Source: Halorutilales archaeon Cl-col2-1 (GTDB lineage Archaea > Halobacteriota > Halobacteria > Halobacteriales > Afararchaeaceae). Taken from it: a stretch of 64,000 bases of DNA. The stretch spans positions 160,001-224,000 of the forward strand of contig CP169074.1 in the NCBI GenBank assembly GCA_041891055.1, given 5' to 3'. Each line of letters begins with the position of its first letter. The stretch's first letter is position 1. Position numbers and translations under genes: made by a program. This document shows positions 18,476 through 28,028 of the stretch, piece after piece. Under the pieces are notes generated by a model. That model searched no databases. It was not told the DNA's origin and saw nothing but the letters and a program-made list of their open reading frames with translations.

Positions 18476-19702
18476 ATGTCGAATAAAGGAATCACGAGTG
18501 ACAGTAACGGTACGGACACACGAGGGGGTCGGGAGGATACAGACACCGACTCGATAGAGATAGGTAAGACAGTATTAGAACTTGACGGCGTCCACAAAGA
18601 GTACGGGGACACAGTAGCCGTCGACAGCCTGACTCTCTCGGTACACGAGGGCGAACTCCTCACACTCGTGGGACCGAGTGGCGGAGGAAAGACGACCACA
18701 CTGCGTCTCATAGCAGGCTTAGAGGAGCCAGACTCGGGCGAGGTGCGTGCGGGCGGCGAGGTCGTAGCCAATCCCGTGAAAGGTATCTTCGCGGAGCCCG
18801 ACGAGAGAGAGGTTGGGATAGTTTTCCAGGACTTCGCCCTCTTCCCACACATGACAGCGGAAGAGAACATAGAGTTCGGTCTAGATGGATTCTCCGACGA
18901 CGAGAAGAAGGAGAAAGTCGACAGAATGCTCGAACTCGTGGGTCTCGAAGACGAGAGACACAGTACCCCGGACGAGCTATCGGGAGGTCAGAAACAACGT
19001 ATCGCACTCGCAAGGTCGCTTGCCCCCGAGCCCGACATACTCCTCCTAGACGAACCCTTCTCGAACCTTGACGTCGGACTCAGGGTCGAGATGCGTGAGG
19101 AGGTCAGGAGGATTCTGAAGGAGGCGGGCGTCACGGGGATATCGGTGACACACGACCAGGAAGAGGCACTCTCGATAAGCGACAGGATAGGCGTGATGGA
19201 GGAAGGAGACATAGCACAGGTCGGACGTCCTGAGGAGGTCTTCCAGAATCCCGAGTCGAGGTTCGTCGCGGGGTTTTTAGGACACGCTAGCTTCGTCTCC
19301 GGGACTGTCGGGAAGGAGGCGGTATCGACACAGATAGGCGAGATAGACTTAGACGTGATAGAGGGTCTGACCTCGGAGTACGAGGGAGCCGAGGTCGATG
19401 TCCTCGTACGTCCCGACGACGTGATGGCGGTCAAACCCGACTCGGATACGGACACCGACTCTGACAAGAGTCCCCACGGGGAGGTAGTATACAGACAGTA
19501 CAACGGCCCTACCTTTATATATAGGGTCGAACTCGAAAACGGAGACAAGATACGGTGTATGCACAACCACGCCGACGACTTCGACCTCGGAAGTGAGGTC
19601 GACATAAAGCTGATCTCCGACCATCCCCTGACGTGGTATCCGCAGGACGAAGACGGTGACGGAGACCGGGACGACTCCTGGAGAGATACCAACCCTAAAT
19701 AG
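18476..19702 (+). CDS. ABC transporter ATP-binding protein (FbpC/PotA family, TOBE domain)
   Basis: GPSGGGKTT, VFQDFALFPH, LSGGQKQR, LLLDEPFSNLD, THDQEEA; GGAGG upstream. Confidence 0.93.
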   Translation: MSNKGITSDSNGTDTRGGREDTDTDSIEIGKTVLELDGVHKEYGDTVAVDSLTLSVHEGELLTLVGPSGGGKTTTLRLIAGLEEPDSGEVRAGGEVVANPVKGIFAEPDEREVGIVFQDFALFPHMTAEENIEFGLDGFSDDEKKEKVDRMLELVGLEDERHSTPDELSGGQKQRIALARSLAPEPDILLLDEPFSNLDVGLRVEMREEVRRILKEAGVTGISVTHDQEEALSISDRIGVMEEGDIAQVGRPEEVFQNPESRFVAGFLGHASFVSGTVGKEAVSTQIGEIDLDVIEGLTSEYEGAEVDVLVRPDDVMAVKPDSDTDTDSDKSPHGEVVYRQYNGPTFIYRVELENGDKIRCMHNHADDFDLGSEVDIKLISDHPLTWYPQDEDGDGDRDDSWRDTNPK

Positions 19703-19771
19703 ACAGGGCAGAAAGTATATCAGTCCTCCGGAACTAATATAACGTAGTTAAGGTGTTTTAAGGAGATAACT

Positions 19772-21748
19772 ATGAGCGACACTTATCACGATGAAGGAGA
19801 TGAAGGAGGTGGAAACGAGACCGAGGTGGTCGAGACTCCCGACTCAGTTGACGAGGACGGGTCTGATGACGACCTCCTCGGGGGTCTCGACATAGATACC
19901 ACCGAGGACATAGAAGTCCCTGACAGCCTCATAGAACAGGTCATAGGACAGGATCACGCCGTCGAGGTCGTAAAGAAGGCGGCTGAACAGAAGAGACATG
20001 TGATGATGATCGGGTCGCCGGGTACGGGTAAGAGTATGCTCGCGAAGGCGATGACCGAAATTCTCCCGAAGGAAGACCTCCAGGACGTTCTCGTCTACCA
20101 GAATCCCGAGGACGAGAACAACCCCAAGATAAGGACTGTCCCTGCCGGAAAGGGCAAGGAGATAGTCGAGGCTCACCAGGAGGAGGCGAACAAGCGTGAT
20201 CAGATGAAGACGATACTGATGTGGATTATACTCATCGGTGTCGTCGGCTACTCGCTCCTCGCGGGACAGATACTCCTCGGGATACTCGCCGCGGGTGTGA
20301 TATTCCTCGCCTTCCGTTACGGACAGCGCGACTCCGACGCCGTAATACCCGAGCTTCTCGTCGACAACTCCGAGAGAGCGAAGGCTCCCTTCGAGGACGC
20401 AACGGGAGCACACGCTGGTGCCCTCCTCGGAGACGTCAGACACGACCCGTTCCAGAGCGGTGGACTCGGAACTCCCGCACACAACCGTGTCGAGGCGGGC
20501 GCGATACACGAGTCGAACAAGGGCGTCCTCTTCATAGACGAGATCAACACACTCGACGTCCGTAACCAGCAGAAGCTGATGACCGCGATACAGGAGGGCG
20601 AGTTCTCGATCACGGGACAGAGCGAACGCTCAAGCGGTGCTATGGTTCAGACCGACCCCGTGCCGTGTGACTTCGTGATGGTCGCGGCGGGTAACATGGA
20701 CGCGATGGAGAACATGCATCCCGCTCTCCGCTCACGTATCAAGGGATACGGATACGAGGTTCACATGGAGGACACCATAGAGGACACACACGAGATGCGC
20801 CGCAAGTTCGCGCGTTTCGTCGCTCAGGAGGTCGACAAGGACGGCGAGATACCCGACTTCGAGAGGGAAGCCGTCGAGGAGATTGTCAGAGAGGCACAGA
20901 GACGCGCGGGGCGTAAGGATCACCTCACTCTCAAGCTAAGGGATCTCGGAGGTCTCGTCCGTGCGGCGGGGGACATAGCCAACGAGGAAGGCGCAGAACT
21001 CGTGACGACCGACCACGTCCTCGAAGCCAAGAAGAGGGCGAGGTCGATAGAACAGCAGGTCTCCGACCAGTACATAGAGAGGAAGAAGGATTACGAGATG
21101 ACCGTGAGTGAGGGCGATATGGTCGGACGTGTCAACGGACTCGCAGTCATGGGAGATGACTCGGGAATAGTCAAGCCCATAATGGCGGAAGTCACCCAGG
21201 GACAGGGTGAGGTCATCGCAACCGGTAAGCTCCAGGAGATCGCACAGGAGAGTGTCCAGAACGTGAGCGCTATAATCAAGAAGTTCACGGGGAAGGACAT
21301 CAGTCAGATGGACGTCCACATACAGTTCGTCCAGTCGTACCAGGGGGTCGAGGGCGACTCAGCGAGTGTGACAGTCGCCACCGCCGTCATAAGCGCGCTC
21401 GAAGACGTTGAGGTCGACCAGAACGTCGCTATGACGGGTTCACTCAGCGTCCGTGGAGACGTCTTACCCGTCGGAGGAGTGACCTACAAGATAGAGGCGG
21501 CGGCGAAAGCCGGAATCGAGAAGGTTCTGATACCCAAGGCGAACGAACAGGACGTCATGATAGAGGACGAGTACAAGGACATGGTTGAGATAGTCCCCGT
21601 CGAGAACCTGTCGGAGGTGCTCGACCACGCACTCGTAGAGAAGGACGGCAGAAAGAAGAGCCTCCTCGACAAGCTCAAGTCGATTGCGACCGACGCGAGC
21701 GAGACCCTCGAAAACCAGAAGGGTCAGGGACAGCCCAGTCCTCAGTAA
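19772..21748 (+). CDS. lonB: membrane-anchored ATP-dependent protease LonB
   Basis: GSPGTGKS, TM insert, HDPFQSGG, EGDSAS catalytic Ser, PVGGVTYK. Confidence 0.97.
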   Translation: MSDTYHDEGDEGGGNETEVVETPDSVDEDGSDDDLLGGLDIDTTEDIEVPDSLIEQVIGQDHAVEVVKKAAEQKRHVMMIGSPGTGKSMLAKAMTEILPKEDLQDVLVYQNPEDENNPKIRTVPAGKGKEIVEAHQEEANKRDQMKTILMWIILIGVVGYSLLAGQILLGILAAGVIFLAFRYGQRDSDAVIPELLVDNSERAKAPFEDATGAHAGALLGDVRHDPFQSGGLGTPAHNRVEAGAIHESNKGVLFIDEINTLDVRNQQKLMTAIQEGEFSITGQSERSSGAMVQTDPVPCDFVMVAAGNMDAMENMHPALRSRIKGYGYEVHMEDTIEDTHEMRRKFARFVAQEVDKDGEIPDFEREAVEEIVREAQRRAGRKDHLTLKLRDLGGLVRAAGDIANEEGAELVTTDHVLEAKKRARSIEQQVSDQYIERKKDYEMTVSEGDMVGRVNGLAVMGDDSGIVKPIMAEVTQGQGEVIATGKLQEIAQESVQNVSAIIKKFTGKDISQMDVHIQFVQSYQGVEGDSASVTVATAVISALEDVEVDQNVAMTGSLSVRGDVLPVGGVTYKIEAAAKAGIEKVLIPKANEQDVMIEDEYKDMVEIVPVENLSEVLDHALVEKDGRKKSLLDKLKSIATDASETLENQKGQGQPSPQ

Positions 21749-21783
21749 AGTAGAGTAAGGTCTTCTTTTCGTCTTTCTTCTAT

Positions 21784-22044
21784 CTAGTATCCGTGTTCTT
21801 CCTGTAGATGGTTGAGAAGTCTGTCGACTGCCATCATCCTCATCTCGTTGTCGAACTTCTGAGCCTCCTCCTCGCCACCGAGACCTCCGGGCTCTATGAC
21901 GGCGGTCTCGCCACAGTCTGGACAGTCAAACTCGTATCCACCGCCGTCGTCTCCTGCCCTCTCCGAGAGGAAATCGTGCTCTTCTAAGAGATGTCTGTGT
22001 ACCCTCATACGTATGGCTTCGAGGTCACAGTAAGGACATTCCAT
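21784..22044 (-). CDS. small double zinc-finger-like protein
   Basis: CPYC..HLLEEH and CPDC..HLQEEH motifs. Confidence 0.75.
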   Translation of the reverse strand: MECPYCDLEAIRMRVHRHLLEEHDFLSERAGDDGGGYEFDCPDCGETAVIEPGGLGGEEEAQKFDNEMRMMAVDRLLNHLQEEHGY

Positions 22045-22115
22045 AAATCGGAATAGTCGGCGAGGCTTAAGTCACCATCGCATCTCCGGAGTCTATACTA
22101 TGTTGACTGTTTGAG

Positions 22116-22192
22116 TGTCCGCAAAACCGAAGGTTTTGGGCCGTTCGCAAATCTTCGATTTACGAGTCCGCAAAATCAGAGATTTTGGGCCG
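22116..22192 (-). repeat. hairpin cluster at the tRNA-Pro 3' end: two 27-bp imperfect direct repeats around a GAA-loop hairpin
   Basis: CGGCCCAAAA..TTTTGCGGAC occurs twice, 49 bp apart. The central 22141-22166 matches 59447-59472 at 25/26 nt. Confidence 0.8.
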
Positions 22193-22258
22193 GCGCGGAT
22201 TCGAACCGCGGTCTATGCCACCCGAAGGCACAAGGATGCCAAGCTACCCTACCGGCCC
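22186..22258 (-). tRNA. tRNA-Pro(CGG)
   Basis: GGGCCGG/CCGGCCC acceptor stem, anticodon arm GTGCC-TTCGGGT-GGCAT, GGTTCGAATCC T arm; no encoded CCA. Confidence 0.96.
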
Positions 22259-22278
22259 GCGTACTTAGATAGGAGAGG

Positions 22279-22887
22279 CTACAAGTCAGTCTTTCGGTAT
22301 GCTAAGCTGACGCCGTAGAGTGCTATGCCGCCGGCTACGACTGCGACGACCCCGACTAAGGCTCCCGAGACAGGGTCGAGAAGGGCTGAGACCGCATAGG
22401 AGACGACAGCCGCGACTAAAAGTATGACAACACCTATTCCGGCTAGGAGGCTCCTGAGACGGTAGCCGTCTTCGGGCTTATCTTGCCTGCGTGGCTCTGT
22501 GTCGTCCGCCTCGACTTCGGGCTGTGGCTGTGAGAGCGACTCGTCGACGTCGACAGTGTTCTCGTCCTCCTCTGGTTCGATCGAGACGGGGACATATGTC
22601 GTCTCCGAGCCGTACCCCGTAGTTATCTCTAGTTCGCCACGTACGTCGGGGGTCTCTGGGTCGCAGTCGACGACAGCCTCAAACTCCTGGGAGTCCTCGA
22701 CGTAGAGGTTGGGGTTACCTATCGAGACATACGGAGCGAGACTGTCGTCGGTGTTTATGTAGACGTGGGACGGTGACCCCTCGTTCTGTATACGTATCAC
22801 GAAGTTACCGTCAACTGTGAGGCTCCTCGGATCGACATCTACCGTGTTAACTCCGTTTGCGTTTAGTATGACTCTGAGGGTCTTCAC
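22279..22887 (-). CDS. conserved haloarchaeal protein with C-terminal TM pair (DUF7524-like)
   Basis: N.G.PSHV, GELEITTGYG and VDESL motifs; two C-terminal TM helices. Confidence 0.7.
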   Translation of the reverse strand: MKTLRVILNANGVNTVDVDPRSLTVDGNFVIRIQNEGSPSHVYINTDDSLAPYVSIGNPNLYVEDSQEFEAVVDCDPETPDVRGELEITTGYGSETTYVPVSIEPEEDENTVDVDESLSQPQPEVEADDTEPRRQDKPEDGYRLRSLLAGIGVVILLVAAVVSYAVSALLDPVSGALVGVVAVVAGGIALYGVSLAYRKTDL

Positions 22888-22934
22888 TGTATTGAGTTAA
22901 GACGAGCCCAGTATTAAATTAAGGTTTCGGGGAG

Positions 22935-23984
22935 TCACCGCATCTTGTATCTCAAGAGAGCCGCGACTCCTCCGAGGTTGTCGAGTCGCTTTCCGGGCTC
23001 GAACTCACTTGAAAAGACGGTTACATCACCGCCTTTCTGTTCGGTCTGTCTTATGAGAGGGTCGATCTCTTCCCTCCTGTGTCTCAGAACATCGTCGACA
23101 ACCAGGAGTGTCTCGACAGCACCGTAGTCGATCGCCTTCTTAACCTCATCTAAGCCGTACGCCGCGGCTCCGTCGGTCGATACGCGCTCCATGAGTTCGT
23201 CTATGAGACGTGACTCGCGGGATATACGCGCCTCCTCTGCGACCTTCTCGACGGTGCCCCTCTTGAGTACCTCATGTACACCGCGCGCACCGACGCTCGC
23301 GACGTCCTCTGTGACTATCTTCTCGGCTATCTCGGGATCGTTCTCCTCAATATAGTCGAGTGCGTCCTTCTTGGTGAATCCGGGACCTGCGAGTATCACG
23401 GCGTCCGCCTCCGCCGCAGTCGTCTTGAGAGCCGAGAGTAGCTCGCCGAAGAGCTCCTGTCGCGGACGTGCGTCCTCGCCCTTACCTGTCGTCGAGGTTA
23501 CAGTCGCACGCTCCTCTATGCCGTACTCCTCGACGGTGTGTATGTGTGCCTCGCCCTCCTCGACAGTGACGACGACGACGTCCGACTCGACAGTCTCCTC
23601 TGCCTCTTCGAGACGCTGAAGCTGGTCGGGCTTCCACGTCTTAGTTATCTCCATCTCCTTGTTTATCTCGACGTTGAGTGTATGGTGACTCCCTATCTCC
23701 CTCTCCTTCGGACACGACTCTATCACGCCCGATACGCGGAGACGGTTCGAGAAACGGTGGAACTCGACGTCCTCAACCTTGAGGTCGACGTGCATAGTCT
23801 CTCTTGTCCCCGTGTCGGCACGTGTCGTCTCGTCAATGCGTTCGATACGTCTCTCGGTCAGACCCGAGACAGTGTCGCCGTCCTCGACTATGTACTTTAG
23901 GTGCCACAGGTCGTCGACCGTCTCGGGCACGAGAGTCACAGTGCCGTAGCCGTCGTCTCCGATATTCCTCTCCTGTACGTTCAT
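22935..23984 (-). CDS. pelA: mRNA surveillance / ribosome rescue factor Pelota
   Basis: DDLWHL, RLRVSG, HHTLNV, AGPGFTK and LGGVAALLRY motifs. Confidence 0.96.
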   Translation of the reverse strand: MNVQERNIGDDGYGTVTLVPETVDDLWHLKYIVEDGDTVSGLTERRIERIDETTRADTGTRETMHVDLKVEDVEFHRFSNRLRVSGVIESCPKEREIGSHHTLNVEINKEMEITKTWKPDQLQRLEEAEETVESDVVVVTVEEGEAHIHTVEEYGIEERATVTSTTGKGEDARPRQELFGELLSALKTTAAEADAVILAGPGFTKKDALDYIEENDPEIAEKIVTEDVASVGARGVHEVLKRGTVEKVAEEARISRESRLIDELMERVSTDGAAAYGLDEVKKAIDYGAVETLLVVDDVLRHRREEIDPLIRQTEQKGGDVTVFSSEFEPGKRLDNLGGVAALLRYKMR

Positions 23985-23996
23985 CTCCCGGCTACT

Positions 23997-24461
23997 CTAG
24001 TTTATCCCGACTACTTCTACCTCGAAGACTAGGTCCTCGCCCGCTAGCTCGTGGTTGAAGTCGACCACGACAGTGTCGTCGTCGACCTCTATGACGTCTC
24101 CGTGTGCTCCGCCCTGAGCGTGGACGTGCATTCCGACTTCAGGCTCTGCGCCGTCAAGCATCTCCTGGAAGTCTTCGTAGTCGTACTCGACTACCATCTC
24201 GTCGTCGTACTCTCCGTATCCCTTCTCGGGCGGTACGTCTATCTCCTTCGTCTCTCCTTCCTCCATTCCGACGACACCCTCGTCGAATCCCTGTATCATC
24301 TCGTCGGCTCCAACCTCGAACTCGAGAGGCTCGTAGTCACGTCTCTCGTCGAAGACTCCGTTGTCCCTCGCGGTCTCCTCGTCGGAGGTGTCGAATACCT
24401 CTCCGTCTGTCTTTCTTCCCGTGTACTCGACTCTGATCGTGTCTCCTGCTTCAACTGCCAT
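23997..24461 (-). CDS. FKBP-type peptidyl-prolyl isomerase (SlyD-like)
   Basis: GEVFDTS, MIQGFDEG, PPEKGYG and DFNHELAG motifs. Confidence 0.94.
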   Translation of the reverse strand: MAVEAGDTIRVEYTGRKTDGEVFDTSDEETARDNGVFDERRDYEPLEFEVGADEMIQGFDEGVVGMEEGETKEIDVPPEKGYGEYDDEMVVEYDYEDFQEMLDGAEPEVGMHVHAQGGAHGDVIEVDDDTVVVDFNHELAGEDLVFEVEVVGIN

Positions 24462-24533
24462 GTTACGTCTTTGGGACGCTACGTGTAAAAGCCACCGAAG
24501 GTTTATGCCGAGAAAGACACCCTATATATCCGC

Positions 24534-26219
24534 ATGAAAAAGATAAGGAGCCAGGAAGTCACCGAGGGAGCTGAGAGAGCGCCTCACCGCGCTATGTTCC
24601 ACGCGATGGGGTACACCGACGAGGATCTCGAAGAGCCACTGATAGGCGTCGCGAATCCCGCGGCGGAGGTCACGCCGTGTAACGTACATCTCGACGAGAT
24701 ATCCCAGTACGCTAAGGACGGTATTGAGGAAGCCGAAGGAACACCGATAGAGTTCGGGACGATCACCGTGAGCGACGCTATCTCGATGGGTACTGAGGGG
24801 ATGAAGGCGTCCCTCATATCTCGTGAGGTCATCGCCGACTCGGTCGAACTCGTGACGTTCGCCGAGAGACTCGACGGACTCGTGACTGTCGCAGGCTGTG
24901 ACAAGAACCTCCCGGGTATGATGATGGCGGCGGCGCGTCTCGACCTCCCGACTGTCTTCGTCTACGGCGGCACTATTCTCCCGGGCAAGTACCACGGTGA
25001 GGACGTGACTATACAGGACGTCTTCGAGGGCGTCGGCGAGTACTCCGAGGGCGACATAACCGAGGAAGAGCTCGAGGAGTTAGAGGACGTCGCGTGTCCC
25101 GGACCCGGATCGTGCGCGGGTATGTATACCGCAAACACGATGGCTTCGATAAGCGAGGCACTCGGACTCGCTCTCCCTGGCTCCGCTACGCCGCCCGCCG
25201 AGACAGACGAGAGGGAAGACACAGCCTTCGACTCGGGCGAAGCAGTCATGAGGGTTTTAGAGGAAGACATACGTCCCTCCGACCTCCTGACACGCAAGGC
25301 GTTCGAGAACGCGATAGCTCTACAGGCAGCGATAGGCGGGTCGACGAACGCCGTCCTCCATATCTTAGCGATAGCCGAGGAGGCAGGCGTAGACCTCGAG
25401 ATAGACGACTTCGACAGGATATCGCGGAGGGTTCCACATATCTGTAACCTCAAGCCCGGCGGCAGCCACGTCATGGCTGACCTCCACAGAAACGGCGGAA
25501 TACCCGTCGTCCTCAAACGTCTCCTCGATGACGGTCTGATACACGGCGACGTCATGACTGTCACGGGACAGACTCTCGAAGAGAACTTAGAGGAGATGGA
25601 TCTCCCCGATCCGAGTCCGAGCGTCGTGCGTCCGCTCGACGACCCGATACACGACGAGGGCGCGATAGTCATACTCAAGGGCAACATAGCTCCCGAGGGT
25701 GCGGTGCTCAAGGTCACGGGAGACGACGACTTCGTATTCGAGGGTACAGCGAGGGTCTTCGACCACGAGGAGGAGGCGTTCTACGCGGTCGAGAACGGCG
25801 AGATAGACTCGGGCGACGTAATTCTCATAAGGTACGAGGGGCCAAAGGGAGGACCCGGAATGAGGGAGATGCTGGGTGTGACCGCCGCAGTCGTCGGACA
25901 GGGTCACGAGGACGACGTCGCATTACTCACCGACGGACGTTTCTCGGGTGCTACACGTGGACCCATGATAGGACACATAGCTCCCGAGGCTTACGTCGGC
26001 GGTCCACTCGCCGCGGTACGTGACGGCGACACGGTGGAGATCGACATACCCGAGAGAAGGCTCGACGTCGACCTCTCGGACGACGAGATAGAAGACAGAC
26101 TCGAAGACTGGGAACAGCCCGATCCCAACTACACCTCGGGCGTCTTAGCGAAGTACGGCGACTCCTTCAGTTCGGCGGCACTCGGTGCTGTGACGAATCC
26201 GGGAGTCCGCGACGATTAA
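24534..26219 (+). CDS. ilvD: dihydroxy-acid dehydratase
   Basis: [31 protein letters not shown] and TDGRFSG motifs. Confidence 0.97.
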   Translation: MKKIRSQEVTEGAERAPHRAMFHAMGYTDEDLEEPLIGVANPAAEVTPCNVHLDEISQYAKDGIEEAEGTPIEFGTITVSDAISMGTEGMKASLISREVIADSVELVTFAERLDGLVTVAGCDKNLPGMMMAAARLDLPTVFVYGGTILPGKYHGEDVTIQDVFEGVGEYSEGDITEEELEELEDVACPGPGSCAGMYTANTMASISEALGLALPGSATPPAETDEREDTAFDSGEAVMRVLEEDIRPSDLLTRKAFENAIALQAAIGGSTNAVLHILAIAEEAGVDLEIDDFDRISRRVPHICNLKPGGSHVMADLHRNGGIPVVLKRLLDDGLIHGDVMTVTGQTLEENLEEMDLPDPSPSVVRPLDDPIHDEGAIVILKGNIAPEGAVLKVTGDDDFVFEGTARVFDHEEEAFYAVENGEIDSGDVILIRYEGPKGGPGMREMLGVTAAVVGQGHEDDVALLTDGRFSGATRGPMIGHIAPEAYVGGPLAAVRDGDTVEIDIPERRLDVDLSDDEIEDRLEDWEQPDPNYTSGVLAKYGDSFSSAALGAVTNPGVRDD

Positions 26220-26279
26220 TCCTTCTCAGACTCAGTTTATTCCGGACACGGTTTAAACACCTTTCACGTAACCTACTGT

Positions 26280-28028
26280 ATGTTCACCCAGTTCAGGAAA
26301 CAGGTCGAGGAGTCTCTCTCCGAATCCCTCGACTCAGCGGGCTACTCGACCGAAGATCTGAGTCTCGAAAAGCCACCAGAGGATGTCGACGCGGGACTCG
26401 CCTCCGCAGTCGCTTTCTCTCTCGCTGGCGACGAGAATCCCGCCGAGGTCGCACACGAGATCGCGGCGAACCTACATATAGGCGAGTACGGTCTGATAGG
26501 CGGCGCGTCGGTAAAAGGACCTTACATCAACTTCTCCGTCAGCGACGACTACCTCGAAAGGACGGTCGAAGAGGCGACCTCCGACGACTACCCGGCTCTC
26601 CCCGACAAGGACGAGAAGATCATACTCGAACACACCTCGGCGAACCCCACAGGACCTCTCCACGTCGGAAGGGCGCGTAATCCCATAATCGGAGACTCGA
26701 TAGCGCGTCTCTTACGGAAGGCGGGCTACGACTTAGACGTCGAGTACTACGTCAACGACATGGGAAGACAGGTCGCGACGATAGCGTGGGCTTACGACAG
26801 GATAGACGAGTCAGAGCTTCCCGAGAAGGAACGTGACAAGCCCGACCACGACATAGTGAGGTACTACCGGAAGGCAAACGAGATACTTGAAGCCGAAGCC
26901 GAGGGCGAAGTAGAGTACAATCCCAACGGCGAGACGACCGCCGAGGACGAGATAGACGAACTCCTCTCAGAGCTCGAAAACGGCAACGAGGACGCCCTCG
27001 AACTCGTTGAGGAGGCTGTCGAGTACTGCTTGGAAGGACAGAGACAGAGCCTCGAACGTATAGGGGCGTCGTACGACAGATTCGTCCACGAGAGTCAGTT
27101 TGTCCTTGAGGGCGATGTCGACGACGTGAGCAAGAGGCTCAAGGAAGACGAGAGGAGCTACGAGGAGGAAGACGCACGTAAGATCGACCTCTCCGACTTC
27201 GACATAGACAAGGAGCTCGTCTTCGAGAGGAGTGACGGCACATCGCTCTACACGACACGTGACATCGCATACCACATCGACAAGTTCGAGAGATCCGACG
27301 ACGCCGTCAACGTTCTCGGTGAGGATCACAAGCTCCAGGCGGAACAGCTCGGAGCGGCGTTAGAGATACTCGGCGAGGACAGGAAGCCGAGAAACGTCTT
27401 CTACTCGTACGTCAGTCTCCCCGAGGGCAAGATGAGCACACGTGAGGGTACAGTCGTCAACATGGACGACCTCCTCGACGAGGCGGTCGAACGCGCCAAG
27501 GACGAGATACAGGAGAGATCCGACGAGAGGAGACGTGACGTCAAGGAGCTCGACGAGACCGCCGAGAAGATCGGCATAGGCGCGGTGCGTTTCGACATAG
27601 TCGGACGTCAGGCTCAGAAGCCGATCACCTTCAGATGGGAGGACGCTCTCAACTTCGAGGGTCAGCACGCTCCTTACATACAGTACGTCCACGCGAGGGC
27701 GTCGGGGATACTCGAACAGGCAGACGCCGATCCCGAGGTAGACCTGGACGTCGATCTCCTCGAAGACGACGAGGAACGCGCACTCATAGAGAAGATAGGA
27801 GAGCTATCCGACGTCGTCGAGAACTCCGCCGAGAGCCTCGAGCCACACAGGATAGCGACCTACTCGCGCGAGTTAGCCGAAGCCTTCAACGAGTTCTACC
27901 GAGAGTGCCGTGTCTTAGACGTCGAAGACGACCTCAAGAAGGCGCGCCTGGGTCTCGTCCTCGCCTCGAAGAACGCGATAAGTAACTCGCTCGATCTCAT
28001 AGGAGTCGAGGCACCGGAGGCGATGTGA
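26280..28028 (+). CDS. argS: arginyl-tRNA synthetase
   Basis: EHTSANPTGPLHVGRARN, KMSTREG, YIQYVHAR, C-terminal PEAM. Confidence 0.97.
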   Translation: MFTQFRKQVEESLSESLDSAGYSTEDLSLEKPPEDVDAGLASAVAFSLAGDENPAEVAHEIAANLHIGEYGLIGGASVKGPYINFSVSDDYLERTVEEATSDDYPALPDKDEKIILEHTSANPTGPLHVGRARNPIIGDSIARLLRKAGYDLDVEYYVNDMGRQVATIAWAYDRIDESELPEKERDKPDHDIVRYYRKANEILEAEAEGEVEYNPNGETTAEDEIDELLSELENGNEDALELVEEAVEYCLEGQRQSLERIGASYDRFVHESQFVLEGDVDDVSKRLKEDERSYEEEDARKIDLSDFDIDKELVFERSDGTSLYTTRDIAYHIDKFERSDDAVNVLGEDHKLQAEQLGAALEILGEDRKPRNVFYSYVSLPEGKMSTREGTVVNMDDLLDEAVERAKDEIQERSDERRRDVKELDETAEKIGIGAVRFDIVGRQAQKPITFRWEDALNFEGQHAPYIQYVHARASGILEQADADPEVDLDVDLLEDDEERALIEKIGELSDVVENSAESLEPHRIATYSRELAEAFNEFYRECRVLDVEDDLKKARLGLVLASKNAISNSLDLIGVEAPEAM

